A stretch of 64,000 nucleotides of DNA, from positions 32,116,001 to 32,180,000 of the forward strand of contig JAQFVV010000002.1 in the NCBI GenBank assembly GCA_028023455.1, given 5' to 3'. The notes beneath the pieces were generated by a model. It did not search any database and was not told the DNA's origin. It worked only from the letters and a program-made list of their open reading frames with translations. The position numbers and the translations under genes are program-made. This DNA comes from Epiperipatus broadwayi. Taxonomy: Eukaryota > Animalia > Onychophora. How positions within the stretch are numbered: position 1 is the stretch's first letter; every line of letters begins with the position of its first letter. Shown here piece by piece: positions 50,166-62,492 of this stretch.

Positions 50166-53152
50166 CTTATTGTATTTTTAAATTTGAAAAATTATTTATA
50201 GAAGAATGTATTGTGAATACAAACTAGAGAGTATCTTTTTTTTCAAACAAAATTAATTGTAGTTATCTAAAAAGCAAATAAAGCCTTTCCTAATCAAACT
50301 TTCCAAATTTTAAGTAAAAGTTTTAGTTAAATTTTCAAAAGAAACGAAAAAAGGTCTTAAATAGAAAAAAAATACAATAATGAAAAATATTTCTGTAGTG
50401 CAAGGTTGGAACATCTTTTTCACTTGTCTTTGGTCATATCTTTATGATTACACCTCTCTAAAAGGTGTTGAAGTATATAGAAACCAGCCCTACCGTCGTG
50501 AGAGTGGTATAGTGAAAATTACACTACAGAAATATTAAGAGGATAATCCCTAGTCTAATGAATGATTAATAAAAATTAAGAAAATACAATACTTTTAAAT
50601 ATAATATGGTTTGAAATGAATTACAGTGAAATCTATTACAGCAAAAGCTAAAAATGAGAGCAAATAATTATTAGAACAATTGTTTTTTTTTTTATTAAAT
50701 TAAGAATTAATGCAAAAATATACAATGAACACTAGAATAGTTCACATAATTATTTCTATATTTAGTGTAAAAATGTATATATTTTATTTAAAAATAATTT
50801 CCTAGGCATGTACACTGTAATAATTTTAACCATGAACAGTAAAAATTGAATTTGAAATATAAAAAATTAAACAAAAATTTGATGAAAATTGCAGAAATTT
50901 AAGTGCTAAAATTTACTAATTTGTGTAACCTTTTCTATCATTAATTGTAAAAATGTGCATATTCTTGTTTAAAAGTATTTTCCTAAGTGTTTGTACTTTA
51001 ATAATTTTCACCATGACACGTAAAAACTAAATTTGAGATCTGATAATATTGACATTAAAAAAGAAAAAATTTAAAAATGAAACTTTAATGAAAATGACAG
51101 AAATGTGTGCGCTAAAATTTACTAATGAATTTTGTTGGAATAACTTCAACTGTGACAATAAAATTGTGTGCTTGAGCAACAGGCACATCATTTGTGACAC
51201 TCGTCTCCACCTTAACTCGTGAATTGAGAAAGCAATGACGGGATCAGGCATAATAGGCTGACAGTCACCAATGATCTTTGCTCAAAACAATACAATCACT
51301 AATGAGTCGTACATAACTAATTGCCTCAGCTTCATTACTTCTCTTAAAATCTTTTGGAATGCTACTTTGTTTGAGAACATGATCAATCCATTCTATGTAT
51401 ACATATGGTACAAACAATTTATTAGAATGAATTTTTGTTAAAAATTTACATATTTTGTTTAAAAGTATTCTTTTAAGTGCATATATTATAAAATGCTGAG
51501 AAAATAAATGCTAAAACTTAATTATCAATTTAATTAGCTTATCTCTATTTTAGCGGCAAAAGTGTACTTTTTTTTTTTAATATGTTGATGTTAAAATTTA
51601 ATAAATGATCTAATTTTAACAGATAAAACCTTATATATATTCTTGTTTGAAGATAATTTTTCTAGTTGCTTATATTGTAATAAAAAGCAAATTTAAAGTT
51701 GATATCAAAAAAAAGAAAAAAAATGAAAATCTTAAGTGCAAAGCATGGAATTGTTAATTTGGAAACCACTATCTTTTGAGTAAAATTATTGGACAGCATT
51801 ATTATGTTTGGTGAGTTTATTTGAGTTTAGTTTTCATCTGCATTTTGATCAATTTAACTTTTTTGTTGTTTTAAAATTCTTTTCATTTATGCACAACTAT
51901 TAATTTTAATCATATATTAGGAAAATGTCAAAAAATTGATCAATATTGAAATGGGAAAACATTTTAAAAATAGAACACTATAAATTAGTCTGCAATTTAA
52001 ATTTTGAATGGTATGATAAAATCAATGATCTACACCATTTAAAAAGACAAATTAAAAAATTCATAGGTAATTAAAAGGATTTCAATTTGAGCAGTTTATA
52101 TTGTAATATTAATGAAAATTCTGTCAATGTGAATCAAAATCAGAAGCTAGGTGTTAGTATTATTAAGGCAATCATTTGTGAAAAGGTTAAGAATTTTTTG
52201 CTATATCGAATAAAATACTATTGTACAAAGGAGTTTATTGCCAGAATAATTCACTGCATTCAGAAAAAGTACTGGATTAAGACATTGTGAGGTCATTAGG
52301 TGCTGCTGGATATTATTTTGCAATAAAGTGGGAATTCTGAAATCAGCAAACTGCGAATTCTTATTATCATATGTAAGTTGATATTTTTATGCTTTTAAAA
52401 CTTATATTTTAGTTTTCAGTAAAATATAACTATGCATTATGTATAGCAATTTACTTTATATGTATTTTTACATTAATATTTTTGATGGATGATAGTTCTG
52501 GTCTTAACCATGAGTCTGGAATGAATTATCCTAAATGCATGTATTTCAATATAAACTATAATGAACCAGTGATATAACAAATGTCATTCTGGAGTCAGCT
52601 AATTCATTTTTCCAGATTCTGTTGTAAATGGTTCCAGAAAGTCATCTTTATATCATTCATTCATTGTAGCTTACAGCCTAAATCAAAGTTACCATTCAAA
52701 CAACCATTTCAATAGGAAAAAATGATACAAAATCATCAAAAGTGTAAATAGTATAAGTACTATTTATGAATCTGTACAATTAGATTTTAATGAAAACTAA
52801 AATTCAACTTTTAAAAACATAAACGGACATACATATATATATAAAAATTCACAGGTTTGGAACTTCTGTTTCCTTTCATAGAATTTTTTTTTTCATAAAT
52901 TCCTCAAGATAATATTTAACATTAATCCCATAGTTTGTTGGCTATAAACTCTCACAGCGAGGCACTTATGCTAGAAGTCTTAGCAAAAAATTCCTTAAAC
53001 AGTTGCTTAATTTTTTTTACAAATGATTGTCTCATTGATATTGTCACCTATCATTTGTTCCATTATGTTAGAATATAAATTGTTCAATCTGGAAATCTTT
53101 TCCAACATCTGTGTATTTTTAATTCATTCTTATTTTTTAAAATGGTCTAGAT

Positions 53153-53526
53153 CAGTGGTATTCAAACATTTTAGCAGTACGACCCCCACATGGAATATCA
53201 AGGTAACATGCCGACCCAAAGTTAAAAAAATCAATAATCTAATTCTAATTGCTTAAAAACTAGGACTAGGTAATATTAAAAATTAAGATGTTAATTTATT
53301 TTTTATTTCATATAAAATAAACCTAAGTGTCAATGCAAGTACAATAAACTGAAAATCAACTCTGTAGTTACCAAAATATTAGGTTGAAAAATCAACTCGT
53401 ATTAATCATTTATAATCATTTTGTAATCAATTAAATTTATTTACAATTTTTTCATCCATCTTGCGACCCCAAGGTAATTTTTTGTGACCCTATTTGGGGT
53501 CGCAACCCATAGATTGAATACCACTG
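53153..53526. mobile_element. Non-autonomous hAT MITE
   Basis: TIR CAGTGGTATTCAA / TTGAATACCACTG; 8-bp TSD gtctagat / gtctagac, the typical hAT-Charlie nTCTAGAn target. Confidence 0.92.
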
Positions 53527-53892
53527 GTCTAGACCATTGATTAGTCATATTATTTTTAAAACTTAAATTGTCAGTTTATCTGTTTTCACTTCATTGCTAA
53601 TCAATATTTGATTATTTTTCTGACTTAGGATTAAAATTAATATTTATATCTCTGAAAATAATTAGAAAAAAAAAACTAATAAAAATGAAAAATTGTAGGA
53701 AAAAATTAATTGGTATTACCTTGCAAAATGTGAAAAAAATATGCTATGCATTATTCAAAACTGAAATGTTCTGAAAAATCCTGTGCACATTATTGCTATC
53801 CCAGCCATTAGTATTCTTTGATTTAGTGATTCCATATCGCTGTTTATACTGTTGGCTTCAACACTTAATAGTATCATTTGTCTTACCTTTAG

Positions 53893-54899
53893 TATTCAGT
53901 TTTTCATTAAGACTTAACAGAATTTGCCAAGCAATTCTAAAATCCTGACTCATATTTTTTATTAAAATATTGTGTGTACTAGGTATATATACCACAGAAA
54001 CACATTTTTATGATTCTTATTTACTTTAACACAACTAGACCTTTTTTTAAAATAATGTTCTGAATAATTCTACAAATTATATTATTCTCATATCCAATAT
54101 TTATCAAATCCTGAGTGTATCTTACAATATTGTCTTTCTGATCAGATTCATGTGAACATAAACACCAATTCTGATGTAAAAATGCCTTTAATCCAAGTAT
54201 CCTATGAGACATATGTGCATACGATGTCAGATGAGTAGAACCCCTAATATTTATGTTTAATTATCATTTTATATATAAAATCTTTATCAGTATATGAACC
54301 AGTAAATCTAAATACTTAATTGCTGAATTCTTTTTTTTACCTCTATAATTTACGTTAAACCATAAAATTTTGTAAACCATTCAAAATCTTTATAATTACA
54401 GAATTTTGTTTATATACCTACAAAAAATTGTATTATTGTTTTTTTATTAAAATTTTTATGGTTTAACATGGACTAATGAGAAAGAAAAGAATTCAGCAAT
54501 TAAGTATATGGATTTAATGGTATCATACATGGATAAAGGTTGTATATATAAAATGATAATTAAACATAAATAGTAGGGGTTTTATTCATCTGACCTCATA
54601 TGCATGTATGTCTCATAAGTTGGCTGGATTGAAAATGTTTTTATAGGAATTAGTATTTATGTTCTCATGAATCTGATTGGAAAGATAATATTGAAAGATA
54701 CACTCAGGATTTGATAAATATTGGATATTAGAATAATATAAATCATAGAATCATATTAGTGTTAAGATAAATAGGGGTCATAAAAAGTGGGTTTCTGTGG
54801 CATATATATCTAATATACAAAATAAGTTAATTAAAATTATGAGTCAGGATTTTAGAATAACTTAGTGAACTCCGTTAAGTCTTAATAGGATATTGAATA
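53893..54899. mobile_element. Old fold-back of a Penelope-like RT C-terminal (thumb) fragment
   Basis: About 53893-54375 versus 54445-54899 are diverged inverted repeats; translation includes KKNSAIKYLDL and CLCSHESDQKDNIVRYTQDLINIGYENNII, resembling the PLE thumb pattern ICS...EI..I...L..NGYP. Confidence 0.72.
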
Positions 54900-56149
54900 A
54901 TACTAAAGATAGACAGAAGTTGCTAATAATTGTTGTATTATATATTCTATTAATTGCTATGGTCCAGGGTCTAGGGCTGTATATATTGAAGAAACAACGA
55001 ATAATATGAAATATCATTTACAACAGCATAATTATATGTATAAGAATGCAATGGAGGATCAAACGTTTATTCAGCATTTTATTTACATCAAAGTGTCATT
55101 GGGCCATATTTGTATTTCCCAAAGGTTTAATATTTTAATGTATGAGCCACATAGTAAGAAACGTAAAATTAAGGAGTCATATTTAATTAAAAGATTATAA
55201 TATGCAATTAATGCTAAACACACTAGTTTTCTTAGATATTTATTGAATATATTCTTTAGTATAGTTGTCAAGATAAAGACACAAATGTTGAAAGCATTTG
55301 AATATTATTTGAATTTATATAGTACTATTTTTTTATATTTTCTCTGTTAAACAACTGCAGACATGTTGGTTTTAATCTTTTACAATTAGTAACAGAAGGA
55401 AGTTAGTTTATTACATGAAGCTTTTAAGAAATGTAATGTAAGTAAATCCCTATTTAACAAGTACACTATATTGCAACTAACATGAAAAGAAATATTTCTT
55501 AATATATCTACAGTATATATAAGGTGTGTGTCATTTGTTTTAAATGTTTAAATTCATATTACAGTCCATATCCTTTATGACACATTAGGTTTCATTTTAG
55601 AAATAGATACCAGTCAAAAAGAAAAGGAAACGCAGATTACCATACATCAGTCTGCAATGTAGCTAAAGCGTGTGTATATGAGGAATATTTTGAAAAAACC
55701 TTATTGAATATCTTGATAAAGAATGAATGAATGATAAACTTTGTGAACAGTTGCTAGTAGACTCTGAACCTATCTTATAAGGAAGCTATCAGGAAAAGAT
55801 TAGCATGATATTGTAAAGTTTTCCAAGAAATTTGAATATTTAAAAATATTAGGCACAACTAGTATATGCACTGAAAGAACCTCCTACATTGCTGAATCCA
55901 AAAATGAAAGACGTGATCAAAAAGTTGCTGAGAATTGTTCTAAACAAATGAATTGGTGTTTACTGCAGACAGACTGATCATTGGACTGGAAATTGTAAAT
56001 GAATATATGAAATGTACAGAAGACACAGTCAAAAAGGACACTTAGCATTATTTGTAAAAAATTTCATAAAAATAAAATGGTTATTTGTAAAACCTATAAA
56101 AATTAAAAGAACTAAAAGTCAGTTGGAGGAATAATGGACTTTAAAAGTA

Positions 56150-56750
56150 TATATATCCTGTAACCTTTCCATACGGTTCTTCTAATTATCTCTAACTTAA
56201 CTACTCTTTTACTCTACCATACTAGCTCAATACTAAACAATACAGTATTACAACAATAAAGTATGACTATTGGGAAAACTCCAACAAGCAATGACTAACC
56301 TAATATTTTAGCTTTAATAAGGATTTAAACTACCCTTCCATAATTTAAGAATCTTAAATTAATAACATTAACACAATTAGTTAAACTAATTAATGCTACC
56401 CTATGGCTATATCAGGGATCATAAGTATTCTATTCAACAATATATTATGATCAATTTGATTAATAGTGAAATAATTAATCGCAAGAGGGATTTTCCTTGG
56501 ACCCAACCATTTCAAAATCATTTACTGTTACAAACTATGATTAGTTTCCTATAAAAAAATCTAACTAATAATAATGGGTATGGAAATCAAACAATGGCTA
56601 TCTACTCATTAATCTCATTTCTATAACTTAATCTACTTTCCTATAATTGGTTCTCATACTTATAACAATTATTCTAGAATACTCATTTTTGTTATAATCA
56701 AAGCTTTATTGCACCCTTATTATCTACAAAGTTTAGTTCACTGAAATACA
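56150..56750 (+). mobile_element. Very degenerate LINE RT fragment
   Basis: ISGIISILFNNIL at about 56410-56450 resembles the QG.SLSPILFN motif; weak. Confidence 0.3.
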
Positions 56751-57517
56751 TCTGCTAATTAATCAGCATTCACTTGCTGTGATCAAATTCTTCTGAACCA
56801 CAGACCTTAAAACATATTGGTCAATAACTTGCACCTTGAAATGAAATAAGATATTACTTTAAATTTATGCTATAATATATTTTTCAATTGGATTACAAAC
56901 TCAGGGTGTGACTTATAACATACTACTAATTTCTATTATATGCTTTCCATTTGGTAATACTGAATAGTATTTTTCACAGGGATCTTGAAGATTCTTTTAT
57001 ATCCATAGCAAACTGAAGTACCATGCTCCCTTTTGATATAGTTATGATTTATAAGCAGTTGAGAGTTAGTGTATTATAAAATATTAAACAGAACTCGTCA
57101 AATAAGGCATGTAATCAAAATATCTGTACCATTCTACGTGGATAATGTGCTTTATTGATGTGATCTTTTGATGGGAAATGACTCTCAAACACAATGAAAC
57201 CAATACTACAAAGTTAAATCAATATGGTCTTTTATTTATAACAATACTAATAAAGAACAAAAACATACACACATTAGGTTAAATACTTCATTTAACAATA
57301 AAAAAAAGTTAATAAGCTTGAAACTATTTATACATTGATAATAACTTATTTACATTCTTTACAAATAGCTTTAATGATTATGATATCCTCTTTACCCTTC
57401 CCGTAGTTTATATCTAGTTTTTTTGAAATTATCCATTTATTATTTTTATCATTATGTATGCTTTCATACTAATCTGATATATTTGCATCATTCACGAGTT
57501 TTCTGAGATCTTAAAAC

Positions 57518-57680
57518 AGGCAAAACTCTCTATACATATTGCTACTCAGTGCAAGCTAGAGTAATCAATGGATGCCAGAAAGCTTGTACATAAAATTCCC
57601 ATCTAGTGCCTACTCATCCAATATCTCCAGACTAGTTTCTGTCTTGTAGCCTTCGTCAGTGAGGAGCCTTGGATCTGAGA
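57518..57680 (-). mobile_element. Short HHR-bearing repeat family, copy C
   Basis: Minus strand at 57624-57665 reads TCCTCA-CTGACGA-A-GGC tacaa GAC-A-GAAA-CTAG-TC|TGGAGA; core intact, one mismatch each in stems I and II. Confidence 0.82.
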
Positions 57681-57732
57681 GCATTGCACCTAGATCTTAG
57701 GATCTAATGCAACCCTCCAGCAGCCATCTTTT

Positions 57733-58024
57733 ATCTCTACTTAACTACAAAACTATGAGTCTTAAATTGAAAACACTATATTTTCAACCCAAGCTCAGTA
57801 GCTTATATAGTCCTATATAAGTTACTGAGCTTGGATTGAAAATATAGTGTTTTCAATTTAAGACTCATAGCTTGGATTGAAAATATAGTGTTTTCAATTT
57901 AAGACTCATAGTTTTGTAGTTAAGTAGAGATCTTGGATTGAAAATATAGTGTTTTCAATTTAAGACTCATAGTTTTGTAGTTAAGTAGAGATCTTGGATT
58001 GAAAATATTAGTGTTTTCAATTCA
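57733..58024. repeat. Hairpin followed by tandem re-copies of the right arm
   Basis: Left arm 57733-57810, centre tc, right arm 57813-57870, then 61-bp units at 57871 and 57932 and a partial unit at 57993. Confidence 0.92.
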
Positions 58025-58870
58025 AATGATTAGTTTTCTTATACTTATCATTCTCGACTAATTAATTATTTTTAACATTCAATAAACTTTTTATAGTCTT
58101 TAAAATGTTCGTTTTAGGAAATTTTGGATTGGTTTCTCTTTTTTAATCTATAATTAATTAAAACACATAACATAGATAAACGAATGCTTTCTTATGTGAA
58201 TGCAGTTAAGTTTCTCTTTGAAGCAATGTCATTGTCTTTCCTTATGGTTATTCTAAACAAAATTAAAACAACTTTGATTTTTCAACTTTTTGGGTCTTAT
58301 TCTGTTATAAGTGGTATGATCAGGTTTGGCAGTTAGGTCACAATGAAGATTAATTTCTTACTCCATGGTGTTATAATTACTTTATAATATTTTATATCCT
58401 TAGATAGTTTTTTGAATACAATTTTTACTGCTGAAGACTTTATTCTAATTTTAGAAAAAAAAATTGAGACTGCTATCTATTTTTTTTAAAACTGCCCGGA
58501 TATTGTGACATCAGAAAACTACTTACTAAACTCTCATTGGTCAAAATCCTGCGTCAACTTGTACACTTTTAAATTGAAAATTTTTCTGGTTCTATTTAAA
58601 GTAATTAAAATCACTAAATATTTTACAAATGAAATTAATTTACATCATTTTTTTAAGACTAAAATTTTCATTATATTTTTAATATAAGATATTAGTTCAA
58701 TTTAATAAAGTTTACTAATAAATATTTATAGTTAATATATATTATTATTATTATGATAATTTTAAAATAAATTATTATCTTGTAATCAACAATTGTTCTT
58801 TTTTTCCTTGATTGCAATTTTATGTTTTTAACCTTTGAAGAAACGTCACAATAAAATAAATTAAAATCAT

Positions 58871-58935
58871 TGTTTATAACTTACAAGCTTAAGAGATAGG
58901 GTCATGTGATCTATGACTTATTGTGACTATTTATA
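58871..58935 (+). repeat. Isolated 3' tail of the 20845-21245 family
   Basis: tgtttataacttacaagcttaagagatagggtcatgtgatctatgact...gactatttat matches 21181-21247. Confidence 0.85.
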
Positions 58936-61900
58936 TGTAACGATGTTTGTTTAGATTTACAACTAGCATATTAAAATTATATAATGGGTTATACTACAAA
59001 TGATTATAAATCACGATGATTATAACATCTCTACCAACTTCTCTCTTTAATCATATATATTTTTATTATTTATTCCTATTATACCAAAGTTTAAATTATT
59101 ACTATTATCTTAATTCATAAATTTAAAATTTTGGAGCTATTCTTTATATTTTATATGCTATTCTTGCCATGGATAACTAATCAAAATGTTACAATATATA
59201 TAATTTTTTTTTTTTGAAATTGAATCAGCTATAGGTTAGGAGGTACAGAAATATCGGGGGTTAACCATACGGTTTAATCCAAGACACATTCTAAAAATGA
59301 CAAACTTAAGAGCTATACAAAGAGTAGTCAATATACCTATCCAAATTTTATAAAATACAGAGAAAATTTTATATGTACTTAATAAAAAAAATCCATACTA
59401 ATTAAAGATTAGTTTGAAATCTCAAAATCATATTTTGTGTAGCCTATAAAATTGTCCTGAAAGAGAAAAACTTGTGAAAATTTTTCAGTTTTTCAGAAAG
59501 ATCAGAGAAAATTTGTTACAAACCAATTGAATATATTTAGAAGAAAATTAATCTTCACGCATGTGCTGTTTTAATATAAATTGATACATACTTCACTTGT
59601 TCTTCAAGCTTATTTATATATGTCAGCCTTTGCTTACCATGCATTACTCAAGGCTTGAGTATTATATGTCTGATTTTTTAAGTGATATTTGTATTATACA
59701 AACATAATTCAAATATTACCAGGAGAAAGAATTTATCTCATTTTTAATCACCTGTGATTAACGTATAATAATTTAGAATCTAAATGCATAAATGTTAACC
59801 AATTGAATATTAAATTTATTAGGGCACTAACTTATGGATATATAAATCACAGAAAATTTATTTTGGGCAAAGGAATTATGTTAAGCACATACCACTTAAA
59901 TGGTAGGATGGTGATTTTTTTACCATCCAGCACGATTACTATTCAATCTATTAGAATATTGTGAATAGGGTGATTAAAGAATTATGGTGAATAAAGAATT
60001 GCAGAAAGATGTAATAACAAGTCCTAATGTGATAGAAATGCTATCATCTTTGCAAATTTGCTCTTAGTTTCAAAAGTAAATCTAAAATCACCATTCTGTA
60101 AAATACTTGTCAATAAAGAGATAGCTAGGATATTTACATGGATCATTCATATACAGTTATTTAAATGGAACTAGCTTTTTTCAGAGATATCAATTTCCAA
60201 TGTTTCAAATAAAACATGAAACCTTTATGATGACCAAACATATTATTCAAAGTCAAGAATGAAGGAAATAAACCAAAAGAGAAAAATATATATCAGCTGC
60301 AAAATCAGACTAAATGATATACTAGAGAAGAATCAGCAACATAAATGAAAAATAGATAGAAACTGAAGTTGTTACCCAGCTTAGAAGAGAAATCATGAAA
60401 ACAAAATTAAATCAAAGAAGCTGAAAAAAGAAAACAAACAGGATAAAATAACATAATCGAGGTATCTATAAAATCATGAAGAAAAGGTAGAAGAGAGAAG
60501 ATACAGGCTGAAGAGTTTAAATCTTCAATAAGAGAAATCTCAAGGCTTCTGGTATAGGTGAAGATATCCTATGCACTAAAATAGAAAGTATATATATATT
60601 GCTATAACTGAAATAGTGATTGTGTATACAAATTATATAATAGAAATTCTACTCATGATATTGAAATAATTATTTATAAGTCATAAAAATAATTACTTCA
60701 TAATAGAAAAAATAATTGTTAGTAATATTGCAAAAATATAAACAGGAAATTGTAGATTAATTAAGATTTATACAATGTATATGAAACTTTGAACTAATTG
60801 AGATTCATAAAAAGTTCAAATTAATTCCTGTTAGGATTTTAAAAAGCAAAGATGTATTAATTTGCAGAAGAAAAATACTTCAGAGCACCGAAAATTACTA
60901 GAAAGGCTATATAAGAAGGATCTTAAACTTGTGAGAATAAAATGCAAAAGCAGAAGAGCTGACAATTCAGCCATATGTAATTTCTAAAGGAATTATCATA
61001 TGGTTCTCGCCACAACCTACTTACTATGAGGTTAAAGGTACTAAATTCTGATCTTAAACAGTTCATTCCCAGAGTGTATATAAAATACTTAAATAAAATG
61101 GAAGACAAATGAGATAGAAAAGTCATTTTTTTACTCATAATTTTTATTTGTTTCTTGTATTTGTTATAAGTTGCTCTATAGATTTAGGAAGCATTTTATA
61201 ACTTACTTGAAAAAATGATGATGAAATAACCTTTATTATCACCCTTAAATTTAGGAGGCCATTTGTAACGGATTAAAATGAGGATATACTCTTCTTTTAA
61301 TGTATCACAGATTTGGGAGCCATTTATAACAAATCAGATATGACAAAGCATGATAATCATGTGTAATTATGTCCTGCAAACTGCAGTGCCATTTATAACA
61401 TAAATATGTGTGTATGCTAATCTCTGTTATAGCCCCAATAATCTAGACAGCATTTTGTAACAGATCATAAATATGCAATGGGAAATGATAAATAAAACCT
61501 GAATAAAGTATAGTTCAGTCGTTGATCTACCTATTGTAAAAATGAAAATGAGTCCTGAAGTTGGACAATATTTGTAACTGAATTAAATATAAATCAAAGA
61601 AAAATAATATTAATTTTATAATACCTTGTAAATAATAATATCATTCATAATAAAATGAATATAATATATTAAGCTAATCAATGTTAATAAATAATCATTC
61701 AGTATTTAAATCAATCCTTTACTTATCACATATCTGACTTTTAACTATACCAAAATAAAATAGTTATGATAATTTTTGTTATAGAATCATGAGTTCAAAC
61801 AGAATTTCAGATACCCTAAAACCTTACTTAAAATAGATTAAGATAAAGCAATTAAATCAAATGTCATTGCACCAAAACAACAATGTATGCCTAAGATATA

Positions 61901-62428
61901 TTTCACTTATAATCAAATGAAAATAATGATAAATCATTCAACAACTAAATTCTAATATACTTAATGAATCACACATTGCTTATAATAATATAAACTTATA
62001 CTAAAATTTAATGATGTTCAAAGTAACTCACAATGTTCATAATATCTAAATAAATACACAATCCAATAATTAATTTTAAATTTTAATTAAATGAAATATA
62101 AATTATACTAACTCAGCCATGCTATATTTTTATATTGATTTACTATTACTAATTATGCTATTTATGACAAGTTAAAATATTTAATACTGATGTAATATCA
62201 GCTTTCTAATTGAATAAGGTTAAGATCTTATTGACCGACTGTGAACTTAATAGAGTACTTATTCCAGTCAATAATAATTTAGATAAAACATGTAAATATT
62301 TGCTTGATTATCATATAAAGTTTATATCCAGTCAGATAATAACTAGAATTCAATACAAAAATGTATATATATAACTATACTCACTTATTAATCCTGGGAT
62401 TTGATTTTTGGATTATGTGGTATAAACA

Positions 62429-62492
62429 AGGCAAAACTCTCCATACAGTAGTGCCACCCTGTGCCAACCAGAGTAATCAATGGTTGCCAGAT
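62429..62492 (-). mobile_element. Short HHR-bearing repeat family, copy D (terminal fragment, no ribozyme in the window)
   Basis: aggcaaaactctccatacagtagtgccaccctgtgccaaccagagtaatcaatgg is nearly identical to copy A and abuts the RTE element. Confidence 0.85.

Noticed and set aside
51027-51251. 74-aa minus-strand ORF as a host exon
   Set aside because: No recognisable homology and no convincing splice sites.
52299-52327. VLLDIILQ resembling the BIRC6 exon 2 motif LLLDTALQ
   Set aside because: Bounded by in-frame stops on both sides and lacks the RKDLNG context; coincidence.
57733-58024. Repeat array as CRISPR-like
   Set aside because: No unique spacers, eukaryotic context and no cas genes.
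58830-58860. tttgaagaaacgtcacaataaa as a collapsed PLE hammerhead end
   Set aside because: No stem II or intact CTGA; too short to support.
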